DNA from: Blasia pusilla | Lineage: Eukaryota | Direction: 5' to 3' | Length of the DNA stretch: 64,000 nucleotides | Assembly: GCA_050084515.1 (NCBI GenBank) | Contig: CM114271.1 | Location: 38,874,001 to 38,938,000 of the forward strand | In this document: positions 11,720-25,723 of the stretch, piece after piece | Position numbering within the stretch: position 1 is the first letter of the stretch | Layout: every line of letters starts with the position of its first letter | The notes under the pieces: generated by a model | What the model was told of the DNA's origin: nothing | Database searches by the model: none | The model's input: only the letters and a program-made list of their open reading frames with translations | Made by a program: the position numbers and the translations under genes

Positions 11720-14000
11720 ATCTCTCTTTTCCCACCAACTAAACATTTGAAATTGGGGCACTTGGAGAATCCTCTACATTTGCAACTTCCAATGGAGTAT
11801 CATCCTTACCTTTCACATATTTCTCTGGATTAGAATACACATATCTAAAGTTAGCAGAATTTTTCCAAAGAATTCTGATTCTACCAACAAATCCTCGTAA
11901 TCAAGTATCTTACCCTCTAAAGCTATCCTGAGAACAACATCTAAATGATTAGTCGTCAATCGATTACGACTTTTTGTTTTGATCAAATTCTGTACAGAGA
12001 AAGCTCTCTCACAAATTGCAGTACTCACACATTGTACTCTAGCAATGTTAGCTAATACAAGCAAATTAGAGAACTTACATTGCAGAGATGGGCTCCAACT
12101 TACCATTGCCCACAAATCTCGAAAGTTTCTATCTTTCCATTGTGTGGTGGCCATGAGCTTAAAGGATTGAAACTCAGACTTCACACTTGCTGAATTCACA
12201 AGAAGTGGTTGCAAGTGATCCCTACAAGGCATTTCCCTTCCAAAATGTGCGCAAAGATCATCCACTTCCTTGCAACCCCAACTATTCAACCCTACTAACC
12301 TTGAGGGCATATGAAGAGGATTCAGAATTTTCATTGCACCTATCAAACTATTATCCCTAAATCTATCATGTAAGGCTACACATACATTCTCAGCAAAGTT
12401 CTTCTGGAAATTTAGAGCAGCCTGTAAATCCTTTCCCGTACGATCTCTCGACATTTCTATGCTATGGAACTTTCTTCCCCTAATCTCAGATTGCAATCGT
12501 TTCAGGTATCCACCAGGAGGTCCAAAATCAGGTAAGAGATGATAACCTGTTTCTTCAGAGAATGTAGAAGCATTCAAGTCATGATTCTCCATTACAAAGT
12601 TCATTGTAATAGAGGCTATCTCAGAATTCACAATACTACCAATAGTACTAACATCTACAAATTTGTATTGGAAAACCTTACTCAAATTAGCAAGGATAAA
12701 CAATATGTTAGCCAAAAAGTACAACTGATAGATCATTTCAAATGATCTGAGCTTGTTGTACATGTTAGTAGCATTACCATCATCTTCAGAGCGGGGAATG
12801 TCCTTGAAATAGGTGAGAACAGATTCCAGGGAGTCGCACAAAGTAGTCAGGGCTTGCCATCGAGACAACCAACGAATTTTATGATATCTCCTCATGACCT
12901 TCTGAGAGTCATTCAACTTCTCTTGCAAAGTTGCAAGAGCACACTTCCTCTTTGAGGACCTTCTAAAGTATCCACTCTGAGAATTCAAGATGGAATCAAT
13001 CTCTATAGATACATCTTTACAACCTGGTCCTTTGGTGGTGTCACTTTGTCAAAGAAGCAAGATTGGTCCTATGTGCAACACAATGTACAGAGAGCAAAAA
13101 TGGGTTTGCTTTCAACTTCAACTGAGATGCTACTCCATTCTGACTACCTACCATAGTTGAGGCTCCGTCTGATCCAAAAGCCACCATCTTTGAACTCTCT
13201 AGTCCCGAGTCCTTGATGAACTCCAAAAGATTGTTAGTAATGGCATGTGAACACTTCTCTGGACATTGCAACAATCCTAAGAACAAATTCTCAACCTGCC
13301 CTTCTAACAAGTAAGTTGCAAACACAACGAGATGGCCCGTTACTGAAATATCAGTGGACTCGTCAATCATGATCCCAAAGAAAGGAGATTGTTGAACTTT
13401 TAAAAGCGTCCTTCTATGCACTACCTGACTGATATAATAACACACATCAGCACAAGTCTTCTCATCTTGGTATAAATCTCGGGTAATTGGTGCATTCACT
13501 GAAAGTAACAACTTACACAGATTCGGGAATTTTGCAAAAGCCAATGATTCCTTGGCGATGAAGTATGCACACTTGAACAATGTTAACAAGGCTTCGTCAC
13601 AAGTCCGATTAGTAGTGGCAATGGCCTTGGCCATCGACCTGTGTCCTATATTAGCAGCCCAAGAAAGTTTCATATGCTCAATCGATTTGCCATGATCTGT
13701 AAAGGCTGAAACCTTACAGTTTATGGCACCATCCCTTGCAAAGGAATTCTTACCATTTCCTTGTCTACAAACCTTACAAAATATTCTACCAGATTCTGCA
13801 TGAAACTCTATCCAGTCAAATAAACTATACCAGACATCCTTCCAAGCCAATTGATTCTTCTCAACTAGACTATTGGAAAGAGTACCAGAATTCCCATTTT
13901 CCCTCCCATCTGAGGACCCTGACCGGCTCGAGTTCTCAGTAAAGTCTTGGCCTACGTCTTTGGCCAACATTTCGCTCATGGTTCGCTGTCTCTTAGCCAT
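11720..14000 (-). mobile_element. hAT-superfamily transposase (ZNF862/DUF4371-type with C-terminal dimerisation domain), frameshifted
   Basis: N-terminal Zn-finger-like FCKVC...H...H; GIMIDESTDIS; FGSDGASTMVG; VHCVAHRTNL; IRWLSR; STAICERAFS. Frame break between ORFs 13041-14000 and 11813-12988. Termini not resolved. Confidence 0.92.
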
Positions 14001-14046
14001 ATCTCAGACAATGAAGGGTTACCAAAGGTTTAGGTCTAAACAAGGA

Positions 14047-14670
14047 CTCGTCTTCTAGACAAGAGCAAAATTGGTTCACATCAAAAGAAAGGTGGCAGCC
14101 AAGAGTCCAAGACTCAGAGCAAAAGGCCGAAGTCAGAAATCCCAAGACTCGGACCTAAATCACTTTCTGTTGCCAAACCCGAGAGCAAAGCTGACCCCGA
14201 ATCAAGATAAAGAACGATAAATAGGGCCTCTGGACTCGCCAGGGCGCCAAACCCGAGAGCAAAGTAGACCCCGAATCCTAAACCTAAACCTTGTCACGAA
14301 AGTGCAATATCCGGAAATATGTAAAGCTGCAAGGCCTCGTCTTCTAGACAAGAGCAAAACTGGTTCACATCAAAAGAAAGGTGGCAGCCAAGAGTCCAAG
14401 ACTCAGAGCAGAAGGCCCAAGTCAAGAAACCCAAGACTCTGACCTAAATCACTTTCTGTTGCCAAACCCGAGAGCAAAGCAGACCCCGAATCAAGATAAA
14501 GAACGATAAATAGGGCCTCTGACTCGCCAGGGTGCCAAACCCGAATGCAAAGCAGACCCCGAATCCTAAGCCTAAACCCTGTCACGAAAGTGTAAACAGC
14601 CCAAACCCTGTCACGAAAGTGTAAACATGAAAGTGTAAACAGCCTAAACCCTATCACGAATGTGTAAACA
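14047..14670. repeat. ~290-bp direct duplication plus short AAACCCTGTCACGAAAGTGTAAACA repeats upstream of the transposase
   Basis: CTCGTCTTCTAGACAAGAGCAAAA...CCCCGAATCCTAA occurs from 14047 and again from 14337. Confidence 0.85.
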
Positions 14671-15269
14671 TGAAAGCTCAAGAGTAGAGAGCTCTGTCAC
14701 AAAAATATAAAGCTGTAACATAAGATGTGGCCGTCAGACAAATTCGGTGAGAGAGAGAGAGAGATCACGAACTCTAACTTGAGCAAAGCTGGCCGAAATC
14801 AATGGATGCTCGTTCACAGACATACACGAGAGAGAGCCTCCAGTCACAAAATGTAAAGTTGGAAGGCATCGTCTGCTCACGTGGACAGTGGGGCGTGGCT
14901 GCCGTGAGGTCTTTCCTTCCGCGCTAACGATGGAGCTGCGGAGCACCAATAGTATCCGGCTCATCCAAGTAATGCAAAGGTTCAAAAAAAGAAGAAGGGA
15001 TAGTAATGCTACAGGATTGCAGAGTCCGCCTAGCAGGGGAATGGTACAACGGCTGCGCGCACCACGATACGGAGGGAGTGGCGATTCTGGTGAAAGCAGC
15101 CCAACACAGGAAGAATTTTACGAATTACCGCATGGGACACAAGAGTCTGGACAGGTGCAAATTAGTGCAAAACAGGTGCAAAAAAGCTAATCACGCTGGA
15201 GTCGCTCGACAGGTGCAAAAAAGCTTATCACACTCGAAGTCGCCGACCGCCGAAGCCGCATAAAGTTGA

Positions 15270-15560
15270 CATACCTGGAGTCCTGACTCCGAGTCTGGAG
15301 TTCGAGCAACTTTGGAAGTTCGCGCATTCGGGGAATGGACCCCCTGCAGTGGCAGCAGCAAGCCCTCGGAGTCTCGGACGATCTGGGAGTCTGCACGCTG
15401 GAGTCTGGACTGTGGAGTTCGGGCAACTTCGGAAGATCGCGCCTTCGGGATTCGGGGAATGGAGCCTCTGCAGCGGCAGCAACAAGCCCTCGGAGTCTCG
15501 GACGAGTGACGAGTCGGACGCAGGGTCTGGGAGTCTCGGACCTCGGCCACCCGACTCACC
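15270..15560. repeat. GC-rich internal/subterminal repeats of hAT element 1
   Basis: TTCGGGGAATGGA...CTGCAG...GCAGCA.CAAGCCCTCGGAGTCTCGGACGA occurs twice (~15328 and ~15451); GGAGTC recurs many times. Confidence 0.7.
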
Positions 15561-18107
15561 CCCACTCAGCGGCAGTGCGGCACTCAGCCACTCACTCGTT
15601 CCCTTCGGCCCTAAATTGCGGCTGCCCTACATCGGACGGCCAAGATCTCCTCATAATGCATCTAACGGTTCTCACGGGATATCCGGTATTCCGACCACCT
15701 GAAAGTGGTCCAGCGAAGACCGACCGCCGTCAAACGCATTCCGGACGGAATCCGGGAGATGTGACCGAAAGCTGCCATATTCCGGCGTAGTCCTCCCGGG
15801 AAACGGCACATTTCCGGCGCAAAAATTGCCGACCATCCAGAAACCGGAATATCCTCTGATGCCGTCGGAATCTTAGCCGGCTAATTTTCCCGGGCGTCGT
15901 CAATTGCTGATTTGAACCGGCCAGCTTTACTGTACTTGCCGGTTCTCCCCGGACGTTGGTTTAGGAGTTCTCAAGTTCTCATCCCCATGAGCGATGGAAG
16001 TTATGACGAGAGCGGCAATCGCAACACAAGTATCTCTCCAATCGAAAAGTCACGAACACCGGGACCGGCCAACCACAAGAGAGTGTACGTTTCACTTTGC
16101 GAAAGTCGACTTTCGAATTTCGAAACTCAATTAGGTCGGATTATTGTTGCGTGGCAATGCGCGCGCGTGCCACTTGTGCACTCACTCGCCTCCAGAGTCC
16201 AGACGCAGTGCGGATTTGGTAATTTCGGTGTGGCTCCGGTGGTTTTTGGGCCTCGTCACGGGCGCAGCGCTGGCCGATGTTACTGGATGATGGTTAGCCG
16301 TCATCGGGTGGCGCACCAGCGCGTAACGCCCGCGCAAAAGTTCCCATCACCGCACGCTCTGAAGAATAATCGTGGACGGCCGCTACGCCTGCCACCACGT
16401 TCGGTGGGCACCACCGTACTATTATTTTCCTCTCTTCTTTCCTTCCTTTGTAAGGAAATTGAGAATTTCCTTACAAAGGAAGGATACCGACCTGAAACTT
16501 CCCGGTATAATGTGCGTGGGATGTTCGGGCCACGAGACCAAAAAGTCATGCTTTTGGGGAGAATGGGATAGTCAAGAATGTATATTAAGATATGAGTTCG
16601 TTAATACATGTTAAGTAACGTGGTAGATAGTATTTTTAGAATATTGTATTTCTGGAAACGCTTCGTTTTTTATTACTGTTAAGAGACATATTGTAATTTC
16701 TCTGGTTTCAGATTATTTTCAATCCCTTTTATTTTAAATTATAGGAAAATTCAAAATTTTCATTCACAATTAGTTATACAGTTAATGACTTAAAGATTCA
16801 TTTGATCTCTCTTTTGCATTAATATGTCATTCCTCATCTCTCTTTTGAAAAAGTTTAGGTTTCTTTAGACGATTTCCTTCACATTCCTTAGTTAATAAAA
16901 TAGACGAAACCATTAAAGCATAAGTTCTTTCTTTTTTTAATAAAATTCAAATTTTTTCTTTTTTTTCATGTTTTATTTTTTTCTCATTAAATTTTTTAAG
17001 TGGCCTATAATTTTAAATTAAAAGGAAGGAGTCAAGAAATGCACAATGGAATACATGAAGACAATAGCAACAAGCCAGCACAATCACCAACTCAACTAGC
17101 TTCCATATAAAGGGAACACCTCTTCTTAATATGTAAGAGGCTCATTGCTTGACCTATATCGTAGTGATAGGAAGAACACTTTTGTAGGAAAAATCACTTT
17201 TAACTCCGATTCATAACACTAGCTTTGAGAGATTCTGAAATACTTGGAAAAATCCAAAATTTCTAGAAAGTAGAAAGAATTTCTCTTAGAAGTTTCCTTT
17301 GTATGCCTTCCTAGACCTACTTATAGCTTTGACAACTTATAGCTAGTTTTTCTTACTCATGGCACATTTTTCCCCAATGTGGAAAATTTGGATATATTAT
17401 TTAATTATACGGAGTTTAATAAAAACTAGTGTATGCATATCATAGGATATAAAAAATTTATGAAAAATTGTTAACTTTTTCATAAAAGAATCCTCATTTT
17501 AACGGTTTAATGAAAGATATTCAAAACTTTAGAAAATAGAATGATGAATAAGGTTTATGCATATTCCTTTCTAGAAAATTATTATCCAATGCCAAAAGGA
17601 ATCTAGTAAGAATTCAACATAAAAGGAAATAACATAAATGAAAGTGGATGCTTTTGATTTCTTGCCTTTAAGTTGATCAATACTAGATCATGCATACATA
17701 ATATCCCATGCCTAACAAAATATAACTATAGATTTGAGCAAATATTCATATCCCGGAAGGGAAGGAAAACACAAGAATATCATTCTATTATCATCCAAGA
17801 CTTGTGTAATTTTAATTATATGGAATTTCAAAGGCAACATGATCCATAAACCTGCAGTTGTCCAAATACTCATCTCACTCATAATGAATATGAAATCACA
17901 TATTTCCTAACCCTACATAAGTTTCTATTGCTTCTATTCTATTGCTATTGCACAAAAGAGAAAGGTACCTTGTAATTTATTCACCTTTATAAATGAACTC
18001 TAAACTTAGCCATATTTTATGGGCATGTAATTGGGATTAAAATAAGATTTTACAACTCTTATTTATTAACCAATTAGAAGCATATAAAATGTGAGGGTCT
18101 ATATTCA

Positions 18108-18441
18108 TCTATGCATCTATATTATTATGGGAGAATGCCTCTTCATTTTGTAATTTCCTCTTCTCTTGACACGTGGCATTTTCAGCCAATTGGATTAATC
18201 GCTTTCTAAGCCAATAGGATCGCTCGCTTTGTTGACCAATAGGATCGTTCGAAGTTGATTTAAAAGACAATCAAGAATTTTGAGAGCTAATTAGCATGGC
18301 ACGGGCCTACACTATCTTGACACATGTCCTTTCTTGCCAATAAGATTGTCTAAGACAGCGGGATTATTCGAATTCAATTATGGATGGTAAATCAAAATTA
18401 TCCATTATTTTTAATTTGTGCATCGCACGGGCACTAACTAG
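18108..18441 (+). mobile_element. Short non-autonomous Helitron
   Basis: 5' A|TCTAT (start 18108 or 18116), 3' hairpin TGTGCATCGCACG followed by CTAG|T at 18438-18442. Related internal fragments near 53985-54060 and 56715-56770. Confidence 0.8.
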
Positions 18442-18936
18442 TAAAGTATATTATGCATCCTTCTTTTCTCCACCTAATATTAGAATAGTTGTGGATGCAT
18501 ACTTCTAATTCATCCTTTTAGGATTCCATCCTCATTTAAACAAGGCAATTAAATAAAACCCAAAAATAATCTTAATTAAAGAGATTATTCGCACTCCCAA
18601 TGGAAGTGTAGATGTTTGAATATATGGTCATACGTCTTATTAGGTATTCACGGAAAGTGCATAATTCCTTATGGTACAAATTGAATCCCAAAGTTAAAGG
18701 CACCAAATCATTGAGAAAAGCATGGCTCCAATAAGAAAATCTATCAAAGACACTAGGAATTTCATAGGCAAAAAATCTATTTGTGGATTGTATCATAAAT
18801 GGGCCAAATGGCTAATATGGTGAAATAATATGAATTTCACTACAAAATTAACAACCTATTATAGATATAAATTGATTAGAGTCCTAAAATGGTCTCATGG
18901 TCTGAAATGGCATAACCTTTCTCCCTCACTTCCTCC

Positions 18937-21900
18937 CAAGGCTCGGACAGTACCGGCATCCTTTGTAAAGGCTGCCGGAAAAATTCGAGATTTTCCGATG
19001 GATGCGATTTTGGGCCGGGGACGAAACTGAACAGGAATGAGGAATCGCCGGAAGTGAGCTGCTTCAAGTCACAGAGGCCGGCCGTTTTGAGGAAACCGGT
19101 TGGAATTTCCCGGCAGCGTAACCAGGACTAGTTGAAAGGTGCAGACATTTTCCAATAGGGGAAAGGAGGTGTCGACCCCGACAGGTGTCAAGAGGGTAGT
19201 GGATAAGGGGACAACGTTCATCCAGCCATCCCTTCTAGGGTGCGGATGATCTAACGGCACTCACGGAAATTCACACTTCGGGAGAGAGGGAGTCAGGGGC
19301 CCAGGGGAGTAGGGGTCGAGGCATTTGCAACTCGACTCCCATTTTCTCCTCTCTCCTTTGAGTCCTTCTTGAATGCTCGTCGGACTCTCGGAGACTCCTG
19401 AGCCTCCTTGCTGCTCATCGTGCTGCTCCTCACCGTCCTCATTGCTCCTTGCTGAGGCTTGCTCGTTGCTCACCGTGCTTACCGTGCTTCTCCTGTTCAC
19501 CATGCTGCACTGTTGCTCCTCACCGTCCTCGCTGCTCGTTGCTCGCTGCTTGTCTGCCGTCCTTGGCGCCTCGTTGCTCGTTCTCGGCGCCTCATTTCAG
19601 GCTCGTCATTGTGTTTACTGTTTAATCCTCGCTGCTCTCAGTGCTCATTGCTCTTTGTCCGAAGTTTTTTGACCCTTTCATTGGTAGCTTGGATTCCTTG
19701 AAGTGGGCTTTACTAGTTTGTTGGCAGCACTGCAATCTGGTTTTTCCTTTTGTATTATGAGTAGTTTTTCCCTCTACCTCACAAGGCCTTTCCTTGAATG
19801 CTTGGGTGTTCTTTGGCACACTCGGCCAATTAGACTGTAAACCCTTGAAACCATCCGAGCCTAAACCCTCTACAAAGGGTTTCACAGTAGCATGTATATT
19901 AAAGACTACAAACCTGAACTCTCAGAGTCCCTTATGGAGGATATTTCAGCCAAAAATGCATCTAGGGGTAAGAGACAAAAATCCCTTACTGATCTGGGGT
20001 TTATGAAGAGGACTGTCAGTGAACCAGCAATAGAAACCAACTCATGTGAGGAGATAGATTCTCCTTCAGATCTGACCACTTCAAAGATTGAAGAGAACAA
20101 GAGGCTTTGGAGAGACTCTTTGTTTCAAGCTTTTGAATGGATTGAATTTGAGCCTCACACGGGGAGGGTATTTTGTAAAGTGTCCAAGGACACAGGAGGG
20201 AAATCTATATTTGCCACATCCGGAGCCATCAATGTGAAGATTTCTGCCTTCACAGACCATGGTAAATCCAAGGAACATAAAAGCTGGCTTGGGCTCAGTA
20301 TAGTGGTAGAAAAACTCTTCAGAAAGCTATTGCAAGCACCAATAAAAACTGCGATTTAGTGGTGCTTAATCTATTTCGAGGAGCATACTTCATGGCTAAG
20401 TATAATGTTGCATTTTCCTCATTCCTTGGTCTCTGTGCATTACTCAAATCTGGATCTATGATGCTCACAAAATCGATGTATCAGGATGACAAGACATATG
20501 GACATATGATAACATGTATTAATTTGGTAATTCAAAGATTGCTTCTAGCTAGGGTTAGACTTAGTCCCTTTTACGGAATAATGGTAGATGAATCCACTGA
20601 CATATCGGTAACAGGACACCTCGTTGCCTTTATCACTTACCTTGATGAAGGTCAAGTGAGCACCTACTTCTTAGGATTGATCAAGGTTGTGAACAAGGAT
20701 GCCGAGTCCATTTCAGATTGTTTAGTATCCTTACTTAGGGAATGGGAATTGGATTTTGAGAAGATGGTTGGTTTTGGGTCTGATGGGGCCAGCACTATGG
20801 TAGGTACTAGGAATGGGGTAAGTGCCCGTTTGAAGAGGAATGTTAATCCTTACATGACAAGCGTCCATTGTGTGGCACACCGGACAAACTTAGCTGCTCT
20901 TGCTGTAGCAAAGAGTCCAGGGTGCAAGGAACTTAGTGATGAGGTGGATAACCTTTTGAATTCTGTTGCATTTTATTCCAAGAAGAGTTATGAGAGGAAG
21001 TCTGGTCTCTCTTCTCTACAAGAAGAGCTAAATGATTCTAGGAAAGTCATGAAACGTTATCAGAAGGTCAGATGGCTTAGCAGGTGGCAAGCCGTTACCT
21101 CTTTATGTGATAGTTTAGAATCGGTCATGGTCTACTTCTCTACTGTGAACCCCAAGGAAGATGATGGGGTAGCTTCATATCTTCTAAAGAGGTTAAAGTC
21201 CTTCAAAATGATTTACATTTTATACTTTCTAGCTGACATACTTCATTCTATGGCAATGTTGAGCAAGTTATTCCAGATGAAGTTTGTTGATATATCTAGC
21301 ATTGCTTCTATTGTTTAGACTGAGATAGGACATGTTAGAATGAATTATGTACATGAAAATGTAGATATGAATGCCTATCTCATTTCTCAATCTAGCGGTT
21401 TTCATCTCCTTCCGAACTATGGTCCTAGTGATGGATATTTGCAGCGCTTGCAATCAGAGATAAGGGGTTCTTTCTTTCATTCAATCCAAATGGAAGGATT
21501 TAGAAGAAGTTTTTTTTTTCCAAAGAAATTTTGCTGAGGCCATATGTGTAGCTTTGCAAGAAAGGTTTGAAGACAATAACATCATTGGAGGTTTTAAGAT
21601 CCTCAATCCATCCCAAATGCCTTCTACCATATCTAGTTTAAGAGATTGGGGTGTGAGAGACTTGGAAATATTGAGCTCTTTCTATGGACAGGAAAAAACC
21701 TTGCATGGCAGGGTGAAAAAGCCTCTTCTAGATGGTGCAGCCCTCAAGAATGAATTATTGGCCTTCAAGATTCAGGCCATGACAGAATGGAAGGAGAAGT
21801 CCTTCAAGGACTTATGGTGTATGGTAAGTGGTAGTCCGAGCCTGAAGACTAAGTATGCTAATCTGTGTATTTTAGGTGATATAGCCAGAGTCCAATGTGT

Positions 21901-22615
21901 ATCAACACCATCATGTGAGAGAGCTTCTAGCATTCAAAATGTCATTAAGAATAGGTTAAGAAATAGCTTAACCTCTTATCACTTGGAAGCTTTGCTAAGG
22001 GTTAATATGGAGGGTCCAAATGAGAATTTTGATGTAGATAAGGTCCTCATTTCTGCTATGGACACATGGAAACACTCAAAGGAATATAGATTTGTATATG
22101 CTAATCAAGAGTTGTACATTGTTCCTCCCGTTGTACTTGAAGCTGTTGAGGAAGGTGAGCTTAACCCTGACCCTTCATCCTAGTTTCTCTGCGACTTCAT
22201 TTCATTTTGCAAATGCTTTTAGTAATTATTTATTTTCTGTAGTCAAACCCCTCCTACAAAGAAAGTTCATTTTATGAATATTCCTTGTAGGAAGGGTTCT
22301 TAGCACCTCTCGCCCCCAACTGGTAGGGGGAATTCTGGTTCAACTCCAGCCATAGGGACTTTGTTTATAACCAGAACTAAACTGAAAGGTAGAAAATGTG
22401 ACTGCAAAAAATGGGCATGCCAATTCCAAGCCCATCAAAAAACTGGTGGCTCAAGTTACATGCAGGAAATAACCTTAGAAGGAAAAAAATGTTAGGCAAA
22501 AACTTGAGAAGGTAAAAAATCTTAGGGGGTCGACTGAGAATTATTCCAGAAAACCTAAATATTTTCAGAGACTCGGAAAAAAACTGATGTACTAAAAAAT
22601 ACTGTCCGAGCCCTG
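18937..22615 (+). mobile_element. Full-length hAT DNA transposon with 16-bp TIRs and 8-bp TSD
   Basis: Left TIR CAAGGCTCGGACAGTA (18937-18952), right TIR TACTGTCCGAGCCCTG (22600-22615, one mismatch); identical flanking CTTCCTCC at 18929-18936 and 22616-22623. Confidence 0.97.
19950..22183 (+). pseudogene. Disrupted hAT transposase (ZNF862/DUF4371-type)
   Basis: ORFs 19892-20359, 20359-21318, 21340-21537 and 21554-22183 carry GIMVDESTDIS, FGSDGASTMVG, VHCVAHRTNL, VRWLSR and STPSCERASS; collinear with the transposase at 11720-14000. Confidence 0.92.
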
Positions 22616-25600
22616 CTTCCTCCCCACATGAAGTAAGTAACTACTTGCAAGTACATTCCTTTATTCCAAAATCTCCACCTCCTTTAGAATTAAACATGAT
22701 TGACTCACCACCCATAGGAACCCCCTTCCTTGAATTATAGAGTAGAGGGTAGAACCCTTCAAAAGTTCTAAAACAATAAAAGAGTTAATGAAGTGGAGTA
22801 CCACACGTTACGGACGTGTCAAACTTATTAGGGACTCTTAATGGTCGTGCATGGGAGAGCAATGGTCTCTCTAGATGATAGTAGTCACGACTGTAGATAG
22901 AATGGGAAAGCCACATTTGCTTGTAGTTGGTCCCTACGACAACAACTGTGAGATCCGATGCCATTTTTTTGAGAGTTAAAAAATAGTCTCATACTTTCCG
23001 ACAAACCTGAACTTCTTAATCTATTGTGTGTACTCACTTGAGTCACTAGTGCCAAGCTTGGAGAACTTTCTCAAAACATATATATGAACATGAAAGTTGT
23101 CGGTGCTATACATGATTCTTTGAATCTAACTCCTTATCTTCTTTCTTGATTTAATTTCTTAAAATGACACCTGTCCACTTGGTCCAAAAAGGAGGTAAAG
23201 TAACCCCTACCCCATCCTCTTGAGACGTGTAGATGAGAAAGAGGAGTTTCATGTAATAGGAAGAATTTGAACGTGTCCATCCCGTCCAAAACGAACTCTC
23301 CGGACAAATACAGGCCACGTATGTAAGACTCTAAACCGGGAGTTCTAAAGTTTGAAAGCATCCAAAACAAACATCTGCAGACTGCGATAATGCGTACTTC
23401 TGGAAAGAGGATGGAAGAAACAGGCAGTGTCGTCTGGAATACTCCGGAAAGGAGTTGTCCTCCGCGCCATCTTTCCCGGCCACGGACATATTCTGGGGGT
23501 ACCAAATGAACCAGACAAATTAGATGCCTATGTACACTTTGTTGGACCCCGAGTCTCGTCTCTTTTGATAACTGGGCAGAAATAAATGCTTCATATGTTG
23601 TTCGCACTCAGAAAATTTACGGGCATCAGAATCCATTTGTTCCTTAGGAAGCCGTACTCTTCAAAAGTTTTTTATTTCTCAGTGTAGATTTATGGGCATC
23701 AGAATCATTAGTCCCTTCAAGAACCGTACACTTTGTTGGACCCCGCCACTTTTCAAGGTCGGTAGTGGTCTTTGGATACTTACTCTACGATACTTTCTTC
23801 CTTCGGAAGTCTCTTTCGATAACTGGGCAGAAAAAAATGGCTTCATATGTTATTCGCACTCAGAATCCATGAGTTCCTTAGGAAACTTTTTAATTTTCCA
23901 ATTAAAATTTGTATGCAGAATCATAAGGACCGTACACTAACAAAATCATTCTTAGCCATGTCCTCATGTGTAGGAGTCCTCAAGGGCCCTCAAGTTCAGT
24001 GCACGAGGCCTCCGTTGGTCCGTCCGGCGAATGAGTGGTCGCTCTGGGGACAGCGTGGATCGGGGAAAGGCAAATGAGCAGCAGCTGAAAAAGCCGTGGA
24101 CATAATGGGAGGGCCTGGATGATTGTGGAAGTCGCTTTGTGAGCAGCTCAGCAGCGGTGGGGGTGAATGAGAAGTGAGGTTTTAGGGAGGAATTATGGTC
24201 GGCCTTGCACCCCAATCTCGCAGCCAAGGATGCGCGGCGGCATCTTGCACGCCCGACATGAATGTCGAGATCCGGCGGAGGTCGCAGGACGCGCGAGACT
24301 TTCGATTCGGTCAGGACGAAGGCGGCCGCATATCGGACGGGATACCTTCATCGCATGCATGTCGAGGCCCAAGCGAACCGAATGCGAAGCGTAACTCCGA
24401 CTAATCCTGCCCCAGAAATTCAACAGGCTGGACTCTGGAAATCGAAAAGAGAAAAGCGTGAAGTAATCGTCCACGCTTTTCTCGTTGTGCATGCGAGGAT
24501 CTCTTCAGATCTACCAACTGCTGAATCTAGCTCTGGCCTGTGTAGAGATTCTCGGATTAACCGGTGGCAGTGAGATTAGGGATTTCATTCAATCATGCGT
24601 CTGTTCGACACATAATTCCGCAGTTTCTCAACATCCGGTTCTTTTGTCGTTGATATAATTTCATGTCTCAGATCTTCAGGAGTCCACTTTCTTTTTCCTC
24701 TCGCGGAATGCGACATTGAAGCTTCTTACGGACTCTCGTTCTTCCACTTCTTTTTCTTTAAACTCACAGGCCCTTCCCGGGTTTCGTCAACACTTCTGAG
24801 AATCTGAGGTTTGCTCTACAAGGCCGTCACGTGTTCACTTCCACAAACGCCCTCTACTCTATCATATCATCTCATCCAAACAGGACACGGAATTCTGGGC
24901 CGATTTTGATGCATCTTAATGCAACTGTCGCGGCTTGGTCACAGAGAGTGAGTACCACGTTACCATAATGGCAACTAAATCCTCCTGTAAGAGGCTTTTT
25001 GAACATTCACCTATGGACTGTTCAAGTCCACATAAAGGTGGATGTCTAATTGCTCCGGTGATTTGTAAGCAAAGTCGATGAGCCACACACCACCCGCTTC
25101 GAATTCTCGGACGCAAAATGAGGAAATGACGTATGAGATAAACTGTGAGAGAAATTCTCGTCCACGATGGGATCGACCAAAACGCAAACAGACGAGAAAG
25201 AAAGAAAGGATCAAGTGGCGAATTACAGCATGCACACAAAGCGAAAGTAATGGGGCAGAATCGAGTGATAAGAATGACTACGTATATTTCCAACATTCAG
25301 AAGGGAATCGCCATAGCTCCACGAGCTTTCCTACAAAGTTACACAGGCTTTCACCATCACCGTGTTTTCCTACCCATCCCACAGCCGACGACGAGCCATA
25401 GACTACTCCGATGGTAGCGGTACTCACCGTCATCGAAATCTAAGATACGATCTTTACATCCGATTTCGAAACACTCCAAGACCTTCTGTCTCCTCCGTCT
25501 GATCAATCAATCGATCAATCCTCCGGCGCTCAGGGATTCTACATCGACCAGTCTGCGGAGGGCAGTCGAATTTTCGGAGCTGAACGAGCGCCGCACGAGT

Positions 25601-25723
25601 GCCGGACCGGATCAGCGGCGGGTCGAGGGGTGCGTCCACTTCCGATCTCCGACCGTACAAATCTGTCTGAAATCTTGGATCGTTCGAAGCATGCAGCATG
25701 CACGCATGCATGCATGCGGGCGA

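Noticed and set aside
15912-16571. 219-aa ORF
   Set aside because: TTG start, GC-rich TE flank, no recognisable motif.
22325-22352. tRNA gene
   Set aside because: Only a T-arm-like hairpin is visible, not a full cloverleaf; kept as a structural finding instead.
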